Source: Monocercomonoides exilis PA203
Taxonomy: Eukaryota; Protista; Preaxostyla
Assembly (NCBI GenBank): GCA_001643675.2
Contig: LSRY02000040.1
Coordinates: 620,001 to 684,000 of the forward strand
Direction of reading: 5' to 3'
DNA: 64,000 nt
Shown piece by piece: positions 26,606 to 35,878 of the stretch. Made by a program: the position numbers and the translations under genes. The stretch's first letter is position 1. Every line of letters begins with the position of its first letter. The notes under the pieces were generated by a model, which was not told the origin of the DNA, did not search any database, and saw only the letters and a list, made by a program, of their open reading frames with translations.

Positions 26606-28058
26606 TTAAATATTCAGAAGCGTTTCTTGATAATTTACTATATCATTTTCCTTAACAAAAGAAATGAATCCATAAAGGCTTGCAATGATATCTTCATATC
26701 CTTCTTCTTCCATCTTTTCTAATATCTCTCTTTTCATCTCTTTTCTTTTCACTTCTTCAGATTCTTCATTCGTCTTTTCTTTCAATCTTTCTGGAATACT
26801 CATAAAGAAATGCAAGCAATCAGATATGATTCCATCTTCCAAAGTTGATTGCTTCATTTCCTCCATATAGAGACCAACAGTTCCACTTTTCAACAAGTCA
26901 TCAATTTTCACATCTTTATTTTCTGATGCATTTCTTAATGAATTAATGCATCGACGGAATGCATCTGGGTAATTATCTCTTGATGCTTTAAACACCTGAA
27001 CAAGGCTGCAGAAAAGTCCTTCAAGTTCTCCATTCCGCAATGTGCATGAGAATGTGAACTCACTAATCACATCGAGCCATCTCTTGATAACAGACACTTC
27101 TTTCACTTTTGTTTCTTTTCTTCTTTCTTCTTTTCTCTTCCAATCCACACTATTTCCAAGCTCTTTCAGTTCTTTTGCTGCTTCTCTCGCGAAATGCAGT
27201 TCATCCGCAATCACTTCTTCCAAGCTGTCATCATTGAAGAATCTGCTCATTAAAAATTTCCAGACAGTCTGATAGGCAAGTCGAGTGAGGTTTCGATGTT
27301 CCTGGTGATATTCAATGATCTCTTTGATTTCCTTTAAATACAGTTCTCTTTTCATTTCCTTTGCAAAAAAGGAGGAAAAAACAATTCAACAACGTCAAAA
27401 AGAAAATGGAAGTGAACATACATAACATGTGCTAATGTGACTTAAAGCCAGCAAAGCCATTTCCACTTCTTTTTGAGTTTCCTCGTTTTCATCTTTCTTC
27501 GAGGCAACTTTCAGAAGGCGAGGTACAATGACTGAAAACAATTCCTTTGAAATAAAATCTTCATTCAGCCAAGCAAAGCATTCACACAGTTCAATAAGAA
27601 GCATTTCATCCTTTTCAACTTTTATCTTCTCATTTTCATCAATTATCTTCTCTCTCATTCTTCTGCTCAACGATGATTTATCAAAAGAATAACAAAAAAA
27701 GCATTTCAGTTTCTTGCAATATCCAACATGCTTCAACAGTAAAGTTGCTCTTTCCAATGACAATGTCTTTTCTTCAATCATTTGGAGAATTTTATCGAAC
27801 AGTTCTACTGTAAAAACTGATTTGAATTCTCCTTCATTCATTTCATTGATCATTTCATTCATTTCCTTGATTTTCTGTTTTTGTTCGTCTTCTCTGCAAC
27901 CTTCCAGTTCACAAAATAATTCTGCAAAGGGTATTTAAAAAAACAAAAATTTTGTTCAGAATTGTTCAAACCAAATAAAAGAACAAACTTGAAAACTTCT
28001 TGGTTCTGGTCATAGCTTGAACTCCTTTTTCACATTTATCATCTTCTGACAAACTCAT
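26606..28058 (-). CDS. Three-exon hypothetical helical protein of an expanded lineage-specific family (about 440 aa)
   Basis: Exons 28058-27989, 27921-27422 and 27358-26606 join in frame through GT..AG introns (phases 1 and 0): MSLSEDD...KKFS/KLFCELEGC...HISTCY/EMKRELYLKEIKEII. A decayed paralog lies at 9.6-10.3 kb. Confidence 0.8.
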
Positions 28059-28304
28059 TCTGTTTGTTATTAAAAATATTCAAAAATAGCGGAAAAGCCT
28101 TGAAAATAACAAAATAAAAGATAAATACACACATTGTTGATAATCTTACAAAATTTAAAAGATTTCAATACAAACTGTAAATTCTTTGCTTTATAAAAAG
28201 AAGTGTAAAAGATATTGCGAATAAATCTCAAGGATTGGCTGTATAAGGCCAGAAATGGAAATCTTTTGTTTCTTTTTGATCATAACCAACAGATTATTTC
28301 GTTA

Positions 28305-28377
28305 GAGAACTAATTAATATACAACTCCTCTTTCTATTTGGGATAGAGCTCCGTTTTATGGGCTCAGCCGATCAATA
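28305..28377. repeat. DIRS 3' inverted terminal repeat
   Basis: Reverse complement of 33191-33263 with 3 mismatches in 73 bp. Confidence 0.95.
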
Positions 28378-28584
28378 TGACGTGAAATTTGTGGTGTTTG
28401 CTGATGTGATGAAAAAGCTAAAAAGAATTAAAAAGTTTGCGTCCAATAACAGGCTGTGCAAATTTGCACTGAGGAGTTATATCTTTCCTTTATAACGACA
28501 AAACACGAAGACTTTCAAAATGCAAGAAAAGGTTTTATTAACTGTTAGTTCCATGGGTGGGAAAAGCTTCGCTTTGTGGAGGGA

Positions 28585-28688
28585 AAAGAGGAGTTGTATA
28601 TTAATTAGTTCTCTAACGAATTAAAAAGCATTAGCTTCTTAATTCTCGAGAACAAATGAAAATACAACTCCTCTTTCTATTTGGGATA
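28585..28688. repeat. DIRS internal complementary region (ICR)
   Basis: 28585-28620 is the reverse complement of the left terminus 28298-28333. 28619-28688 is the reverse complement of the right terminus 33223-33292 (2 mismatches). They join at ctaacg-AA-ttaaaaagc. Confidence 0.95.
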
Positions 28689-28691
28689 TCA

Positions 28692-30839
28692 TTAATTGGG
28701 CATGTTTTGTGTCTCTTGTTCCATTAATATTGCATAGGCTCTTGTTACTACTCTCTCTGTTCGTGTGCAAATATTTCTTGATTTCTTGACAGTTGAATGG
28801 GAACATGATCGCTCAGAATCCTCTTCCTGATCTATACAAATATTTTCCTTATTGTGCAGTTTATCTTCAACTTCTTTGACTTCTTCATTTTCCTTATTGA
28901 TATCCTTCTCCTCTCCAACGGTCTGCGATGATTGCGACTCTTCGATGTACACGTCAATGCTCTGTTCTGTGAGAGAGGGGAGCTGTTGTGTTGGAATGGA
29001 ACAATTTGCCTGTAAAGATAGTTGTGGGGAATTGAAAGTTTGTGGTTGCGCCAGCGATAATCCAATTGAATTTGAAGGTTGCAGGCTTTGAAAATACTGA
29101 GAGGAGGGCTGAAAATTAAACGTCTGAGGTTGTTGTTGATGCAGTTGCGAAGGATGTGGTTGAGGTGAAAGGACCATATCATGTTGAACAGGAAACACGT
29201 TTATTGCAGATTGGATTGGAGCTTGGATGTTTGCAAAAGAAGATCCTTGAGTTATTTGTGCACTCCAAGGTTGTATTTGAGACCCCGTTTGTGGGAATGG
29301 TTGGTGCTCTGTCAGAACCTGGGCCATCGCTTGAGCAGTGTTTGTTTTGAAGTAAGAATTAGTTGGTGTGTGAGCTGTGGGAGACAATCTGGCAAAGTGT
29401 GCTACCATAACCTCCGGAACTCCAGCGGCAAGGAGAGCAGACAAAGCTGCATGCTTTATAGTGTAAGGCCGAAACGAGGGATTGATTCCTGCCTGCTTCA
29501 TTGCCTCCTTTGCGAGTTTTCGAATTCTATCCTTTGACATTCTTGATCCGGTTCTCGTGTTAATTATGAACGTGTCTCTTCCTGGATACAAAACTTTTAT
29601 TTGGTTCCAAAGTTCCAATATTGCACGCACTGGACAAACATCTGACTGGATCTCCTTCAGTTTAGGGACTGTGATGAACGATCTTGCGAGTCTTGTTTTC
29701 AATTGGACTGAAAGATGAATTGCATTCTCAGAGATTATCGAATCGTTCATTGAAATGCTCGCCAGTTCTGAAAACCTGCATGCAGTGAATAACATACACA
29801 GAGTTATTGATTTCAATGTCAGAGAGTATACGCTCAAAGTCTCGTTGGGCAACAGAGTTCGGAGATAATTGAAAAGGACCTGTGGATCCCATATTTCCTC
29901 GTACGGAGCTCTTTTCTTTTCCTTTCTCATGATAGATCGAAAGAATGTCTTTATTATCGGTACTGTTCCTAAATCGAAAGAGAAAGCACTTCTAGTGAAT
30001 AGCGACACTGCGGACCTTGTTTGCTTTAAGCACTGAGGAGGAAAACCCTCATTATCTAAGCATATGAAAGTGTCCAAGCACTTCCTCACCCAAATCACAG
30101 GATCTGACGGTAACTCCCCCATATTCCCCTTGATCCAAGCGTTTGCGAAATGTGCGAATCCAAATGTGTATGTTGTCCATGTTGACGTGGCAACACTATT
30201 TTTAATGTGTATTATCATGCTGTCCGGAACATTAAGTTTTCGTAGGCCCTGCTCAAACCACTGTTCACCCGCCTTCTTGACTAGGGAAAGCTTATTGCCA
30301 GGTAACCTCCCGGAGGAAGCGCTGCTCCTCTCGCCTTCAGACCCTGCCCTGGAAGTAATATCATTCGTGAACATCTCCATCTCATGAATCGTCTTTTCCA
30401 CAGTTGAAGGGTCTGGCTCCAAATCTGATTCGTCCAATCCGGTATCAGAAGAATCATCTTCGCTCTCTCCTTCAACGCTTTCCTCATCGTCTGAAGGATC
30501 AGTGGAATTGGCGGATGGGCAAGAACCACCTCGCCCTTCCACGGATAGCTCAGACCGTCCTGACATAATCTGCTGCCTGGCCCGCACCACCGTTGAAGCT
30601 TTCTGTTCTTTGCACTTGCAAACGCATCCAGAGTCGGTTTGATGCTGAGCTGGTTGAGTGCCATCTGAAGAGCTTGATTTTTGATTTCGTAATCTCCCGA
30701 CTGCTCGAGTCTTGACAGGGCATCTGCCTCCACATTTTTTTTTCCTGCAATATGAACTGCTTTGACCTGGATTCCCTGACTCTCCACAAGTTTCCTGATC
30801 TCTTTCAACAGAGGTCGCAGATTCTTTCCTGCTCCCCAT
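28692..30839 (-). CDS. DIRS tyrosine recombinase
   Basis: N-terminal SVATSTWTTY..F..F helix, WDPQVLFNYL, FTACRFSEL (catalytic R), LKTR, CPVRAI, RPYTIKHAA, TNSYF (catalytic Y). Q/S-rich tail. Confidence 0.9.
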   Translation of the reverse strand: MGSRKESATSVERDQETCGESGNPGQSSSYCRKKKCGGRCPVKTRAVGRLRNQKSSSSDGTQPAQHQTDSGCVCKCKEQKASTVVRARQQIMSGRSELSVEGRGGSCPSANSTDPSDDEESVEGESEDDSSDTGLDESDLEPDPSTVEKTIHEMEMFTNDITSRAGSEGERSSASSGRLPGNKLSLVKKAGEQWFEQGLRKLNVPDSMIIHIKNSVATSTWTTYTFGFAHFANAWIKGNMGELPSDPVIWVRKCLDTFICLDNEGFPPQCLKQTRSAVSLFTRSAFSFDLGTVPIIKTFFRSIMRKEKKRAPYEEIWDPQVLFNYLRTLLPNETLSVYSLTLKSITLCMLFTACRFSELASISMNDSIISENAIHLSVQLKTRLARSFITVPKLKEIQSDVCPVRAILELWNQIKVLYPGRDTFIINTRTGSRMSKDRIRKLAKEAMKQAGINPSFRPYTIKHAALSALLAAGVPEVMVAHFARLSPTAHTPTNSYFKTNTAQAMAQVLTEHQPFPQTGSQIQPWSAQITQGSSFANIQAPIQSAINVFPVQHDMVLSPQPHPSQLHQQQPQTFNFQPSSQYFQSLQPSNSIGLSLAQPQTFNSPQLSLQANCSIPTQQLPSLTEQSIDVYIEESQSSQTVGEEKDINKENEEVKEVEDKLHNKENICIDQEEDSERSCSHSTVKKSRNICTRTERVVTRAYAILMEQETQNMPN

Positions 30840-32206
30840 CTGTTAATGTTGTAAACTACCGATGTGTTGTCCGAGCGTATCAACACCTTCCTTTCCGACA
30901 GTTTTGCGATATCCTGAGAAAACCTTGCAAGCGCAATCTTGACTGCAAGTAATTCCCTGAAGTTTGACGTTTGGTTTTGAGCAACTCTGTTCAAAGGGAC
31001 GTGAAAAATCTTCTTGAGTTGTCCTGATATCTTTACACTTCCTCCGCATTCCCATGGCGAGGCATCTGTTGTAATCGTCACCTGAGGGGAGCCAAAGGAT
31101 TGAAGCGTTCTTTGTTTTCTCTTCCTGACTTCGCTTATCCAGAATGTCAATTCTGGAATGATTCCATAGTGAAGTCGACATAGCCCGTTCCATCCATTGA
31201 TGTTGACATTCTTCATCAGGCATTGATAAAGGTTTGTCATGTGTAATGATGCGTCTGTGTAAACAAATCTGGCAGCGCTTATTTGTCCCACAATTGAAGC
31301 AAACTTTCTGACCGAGAGTGGACGTCTCTTTATTGTGTTTATCAGTACCATATAACACTTCTGAACAATGGAGGCAATTCTTTCTTCGTTCAGAGCCACT
31401 GTCGACTGCATCGAATCCCATTTCCATCCCAGAAAGTTGAATCTTTGCTTTGCCTGAAGTTCGCTTTTCTCCTTGTTGACCATTAGACCGAGTTGGGAGA
31501 ACCAATCCATAACCTCCTTTGTTATTTGCTCCAGCTTCTGTTTGTCCTTGTGAAGAAAGAGGACATCGTCCAGATAAGAGATGCAACGAACTTTCCACTT
31601 CATTCTCACCAGCTTTATAATTGAACGCATTATCTTCGTAAAGATTCTTGGGGCATCCTTCATTCCAAATGGAAGGCATTGAAACGCTATTGTTTCCTGA
31701 TGAAATTTGAAAGCCAAAAACGGGATGAAATCTTCGCGAACAGGGATTAAGAAATATGCTTGAGAGAGATCCAATGAGGTTGCAAAATCTCCCTTTTCCA
31801 TCAACTTTTCCACAGTTCTGTGATCCTCCAGCTTGAACTTGATTGATTTCAGGGCTTTGTTCAGAGGTCTGCAGTCCAATATTTGTCTCCATTTCCCGTT
31901 CTTCTTCTTTACGAAAAACAGTTTGCTCAGGCATTTTGCATCTTCGAACTTGATCCTCTTCAATATTCCACAATCCAGTGCTTCCGTTATCCACTTCTCG
32001 CACTCCCTCTCCTGCTCCTGGGATCCAATGAAACCATGTCCTGCTTTGACTTCATTTTTCAGCTTGTCTCGTGCCTCTCTGCTTCTCCAAACAGGACAAG
32101 CTCCCTTCTCTATAATTCTCCTGGTCCCTATTTCGGACCAGTTCTTGAGAAAGAGTCTTGTTCTTCCTCCAACTTTCTTCGAGGATCCCATTGGTTGGAG
32201 CTCCAA
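30281..32206 (-). CDS. DIRS pol: reverse transcriptase, RNase H and phage-type adenine-methyltransferase-like domain
   Basis: RT motifs KWRQILDCRPLN, LDLSQAY, LPFGMKDAP, YLDD. RNase H motifs TDAS, RELLAV, RSDN, NVEADALSR. MT-like LDAFAS..N.K...W...AHPPIPLI...LLIPDW..Q.W. Confidence 0.95.
   Translation of the reverse strand: MELQPMGSSKKVGGRTRLFLKNWSEIGTRRIIEKGACPVWRSREARDKLKNEVKAGHGFIGSQEQERECEKWITEALDCGILKRIKFEDAKCLSKLFFVKKKNGKWRQILDCRPLNKALKSIKFKLEDHRTVEKLMEKGDFATSLDLSQAYFLIPVREDFIPFLAFKFHQETIAFQCLPFGMKDAPRIFTKIMRSIIKLVRMKWKVRCISYLDDVLFLHKDKQKLEQITKEVMDWFSQLGLMVNKEKSELQAKQRFNFLGWKWDSMQSTVALNEERIASIVQKCYMVLINTIKRRPLSVRKFASIVGQISAARFVYTDASLHMTNLYQCLMKNVNINGWNGLCRLHYGIIPELTFWISEVRKRKQRTLQSFGSPQVTITTDASPWECGGSVKISGQLKKIFHVPLNRVAQNQTSNFRELLAVKIALARFSQDIAKLSERKVLIRSDNTSVVYNINRWGAGKNLRPLLKEIRKLVESQGIQVKAVHIAGKKNVEADALSRLEQSGDYEIKNQALQMALNQLSIKPTLDAFASAKNRKLQRWCGPGSRLCQDGLSYPWKGEVVLAHPPIPLILQTMRKALKERAKMILLIPDWTNQIWSQTLQLWKRRFMRWRCSRMILLPGQGLKARGAALPPGGYLAISFP
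30843..32003 (-). other. Long open frame overlapping pol, in frame with the YR ORF (probable 5' extension of YR)
   Basis: Same frame as 28692-30839 and separated from it only by TAA 30843-30845 plus one CAG codon. The frame stays open from about 32051. Confidence 0.65.
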
Positions 32207-33180
32207 GTTCTGCTGGTTCTCCGGGAGCTTCTGCTGCTGTTTGAACTGAATTTTCTTCTTGTAAATGGGATCCTTCTTGTCCGAAAATACTGGTTTTTAA
32301 GTGAGAATGTATTTGTATACGGTCTGATCCATCCCTGCGATCGAGGAAGCAATTTTTGTTTCGGCTCAGCGATCTTCAACGTTTCAAGTTGCCTCTTGGA
32401 AAGCAATTGGTCTCCATCTTCTTCTTTTAATGTCCTTGCGGCTCTGAACCCATAAACTGCTTGGATCCTTTGTGTTCTCGCTTCCTGGAGTGCTTTAACC
32501 ATCATTAAGAAAGAATCAGCCAAAACTGCACTTGGGTTCAATCCCTTATCTACCATATCTTTTCCAATTATAAGCGCTTTTATTGCCGATATCAATTTTT
32601 CTTCGATTTTGAATCCATTTTGTTCTAGAGCGTCGTAGCACCAATTTGATGTTCTTTGAATTGGGTGGATAGCCTCTGGAATGAACGGAGGTGCTGAGAA
32701 ATTCGAGTAAATTGTGGAATTTGAGCCTGCTTGTTCAGGAAAATGCATTTCGAATATTGAATCCTTTGTTTTATCTCCGAATAGCGAGAAACAAATGTAT
32801 TTGAAGTTCGGTTGATAATTGTCTTTCTCCATCAGGTGTTCTTGCGAAGTGTCTATCGTTTGAAGAATATTCTGCTGCTGCGTCGTTTGCGGAGAATGGA
32901 TTGGGTGTTGCTCAAGTGTTGTTGGACTTGGAAATATTTGGGGCTGAGAAGAGCTTGAAGATTGTTGGAAAGGTGGATGGAGCAAGTTTGTAACATTGTG
33001 ATCTTCTCGGCTTGATGTGTTTTCAAGGCCCATTGCAATATTTTGCGTCGGAATAGTAGCGGCTGATGAGGAAAATATGCTGGAGGTGGATTGCGTAAAT
33101 CCCACGCTGCTCGGAGGTCCGCTGATATCCTGAGATAAGGAATTCAGACTCGACTCGAGTCCAGGCTGAAGCACGCTCAT
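32128..33180 (-). CDS. DIRS gag-like ORF1
   Basis: First ORF, 10 bp inside the 5' ITR. Overlaps pol by 79 nt. Helical core and R-rich C-terminus. Assigned by position. Confidence 0.75.
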   Translation of the reverse strand: MSVLQPGLESSLNSLSQDISGPPSSVGFTQSTSSIFSSSAATIPTQNIAMGLENTSSREDHNVTNLLHPPFQQSSSSSQPQIFPSPTTLEQHPIHSPQTTQQQNILQTIDTSQEHLMEKDNYQPNFKYICFSLFGDKTKDSIFEMHFPEQAGSNSTIYSNFSAPPFIPEAIHPIQRTSNWCYDALEQNGFKIEEKLISAIKALIIGKDMVDKGLNPSAVLADSFLMMVKALQEARTQRIQAVYGFRAARTLKEEDGDQLLSKRQLETLKIAEPKQKLLPRSQGWIRPYTNTFSLKNQYFRTRRIPFTRRKFSSNSSRSSRRTSRTWSSNQWDPRRKLEEEQDSFSRTGPK

Positions 33181-33190
33181 TGTTTATAAT

Positions 33191-33263
33191 TATTGATCGG
33201 CTGAGCCCATAAAACGGAGCTCTATCCCATATAGAAAGAGGAGTTGTATTTTCATTAGTTCTC
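33191..33263. repeat. DIRS 5' inverted terminal repeat
   Basis: Reverse complement of 28305-28377. Confidence 0.95.
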
Positions 33264-34274
33264 GAGAATTAAGAAGCTAATGCTTTTTAATTGAAGAATG
33301 ATATTTATGGAAAAGAATCATTAACTATTTGAATCACATCTTTTTGTCCAATGGAATAAATTGCAAATCCTTTAGCAAAGAGGAAAAGAAATCTGGCAGA
33401 TTGAACGAGTGAACGGAAGATGTTTTTAGTTGTTTTTTGTGGAGAAGAATGAATTTGAAAACCAAAACAGATGATTGTTGATGGTTTGACATATTTTGTG
33501 AATTGTTGCATTTTGAGATCATCTGTCAATGAATCATTGGGTTGCGAAAGATGAAAAGAAATGAAATTCAGAATATCATCTCTCATTAAATGAACAAAAG
33601 AAAAAAAAGAACATGATTTTGAACATGGAGAACATGCTTGTTGAGAGGAAGAAGATCAAGGCCCCAATGCTTCAGTTGCTAAATAATCTTGTGCCATGAA
33701 GAAAAACGATGAAGTCCAGCACCAACAGAAATGATGGAGATTTTTCAGTTCATTGAGAGTGAAACATCAAAAGGAAATATTTTCATATCTTCGGATACTG
33801 TTAAAAGATTTGTTCATTCAAGGCCGTTTTCATTTCAGTCGAACTGAGATTTGGAGAAGAAGGAGGAAGACGACTTTTCCATGAGATACACTCCAGCAAC
33901 GTTATTCCTCTGCAAATGAAAGGAAGAATGGGATTCTGGAGGAAAGAAAGGAATCCAATCAAATATCAGTTTCTTTGGAATGAAGAGAACAGCTTCCTTT
34001 TTGAACAAAACACAGGTAATTATTTTGTATGCTGCAATCAACCGTTGGTGAGTTTGGATGCTTTCCATTCATCTTCAACGATGTCTGTCAAACATAGAGG
34101 TGTCAGATTATAAATGCAGCTGCTGAAACACCACATCAATTCATTATCTTTCAACGATCGGTTCCGATTCAAATAGGAATTTCTATTTGCATTTGATTTC
34201 TTCGATCCATCTTGATGAAATGTTTAACTCAAGTGAGCGTTGAAACTGTGTATTTGCTCATCATATGATAGGAA

Positions 34275-35030
34275 ATGAGACACTTTCTGATCAGCTTCCC
34301 TAATAATACAGAATCATATACTCCTTTTTCCATGAAGAGCGCAGCACACCGAAAATGCAAGTGGACATGTCAGACATCATGTGTAGCGTCATCATCGTCT
34401 TCCGCTTCTTCTTCTTCTTCACCTCACCCCTTTCCCTCTCCTTCTCCTTCTCCGTCTTCCTCATCCTCTTCTTCTTCTCGTTCTCCTTCTCCTCTTCTTC
34501 TTCCTCCTCATCGCCCTCCTCCTCCAAGGCCCACAAGCAGCCACCCAACAAGCAATTTAACAGCATCCCCGCAAAATTCGTTGAACAACAGAGGAACTGT
34601 TCGTGATGATGATGATACAAAACACTCTTCTTCTTCTTCTTCTTCTTCTTCTTCTTCTTCTACTCATCCACCACCACCACCACCTCCTCCTCCTCCTCGT
34701 TCTCCTCAAACACATGTGCTTTCTTCACAAAACATTACAACATCTTCTTCTTCCTCTTCTTCTTCTTCACAAACTGCAGTTACAACAAAAACACCTTCAA
34801 CTTCTTCTTCTTCTTCCCCTTCCTCCTCCTCTTCTTCCTCTTCACTTTCTTCTTCTTCTTCTTCTTCTGCTCTTTCAACTCCTCAACCTTCTTCCAGAAC
34901 ACAGACTCCCATTGCATCTGCAGCTGTATCACCACAAGTCTCAATACCCCCTGAAAAGCCAAAGTTGTCAACTTCTTCTTCTTCTCATTCTCTTTCTTCC
35001 TCTTCTCTTTCTTCCTCTTCTTCTTCTCTT

Positions 35031-35062
<32 letters not shown>

Positions 35063-35840
35063 TTCCTCTTCTTCTTCCTCTTCTTCTTCATCTTCCTCTT
35101 CATCTTCCTCTTCCTCTTCTTCTCTCTCACGTTCACATTCACCTTTACAATCTCAACCACAATCATCATTACAATCATCATCCCAATCTTCATTTCAATC
35201 CCAATTACAAACAGACAAGCCAAAAGCCATTCTTAATTTGTCGATTGAGTCTTTTCTGCTGGCTCCTCCGCATCTTCAGCCTCTTCTCATCAGACAGGCA
35301 CTTGCCGAGCTTAGCCAGAGAACAACAAATGCTTCATTGGAAGCAGATAATAATAATAATAATAATAATAATACTTCTTCTTCATTTTCGTCCTCTTCCT
35401 CTTCCTCTTCCTCTTCCTCTTCCTCTTCCTCTTCCTCTTCCTCTTCCTCTTCCTCTTCCTCTTCCTCTTCCTCTTCCTCTTCCTCTTCCTCTTCCTCTTC
35501 CTCTTCCTCTTCATCGTCTTCTTCTTTCCCAATTCCTACAATGTCTAATGATAGCATTCTCGAGACATCCAACAACAATGCCAAAACTCTGATTTCTTCT
35601 TTGCCTTTCAAGCAGGATTTTCATCATCAACATCAACAACAAAATGAACAAATATCTTCTCCTCCTCCTGCTCCTTCACCAACATTATCTTCTTCTTCAC
35701 TCTCCCCTTCTTCATTGAAATCTCTCGATCAGAACATTCCATTCATTCATTCTTCATCTTCTCCTTCTCCTTCTCCTCCTTCTCTTCCTCTTCATTCTCC
35801 TCTTATCATTGATTCAAATGCAAAATTTTCATATTCATCA

Positions 35841-35878
<38 letters not shown>

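Larger units (their letters stand above)
28298..33292 (-). mobile_element. Full-length DIRS1-like tyrosine-recombinase retrotransposon (about 5.0 kb)
   Basis: Overlapping gag, RT-RNaseH-MTase and YR ORFs. 73-bp inverted terminal repeats. An internal complementary region matches both termini. TT dinucleotide at both ends and no conventional TSD. Confidence 0.95.
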
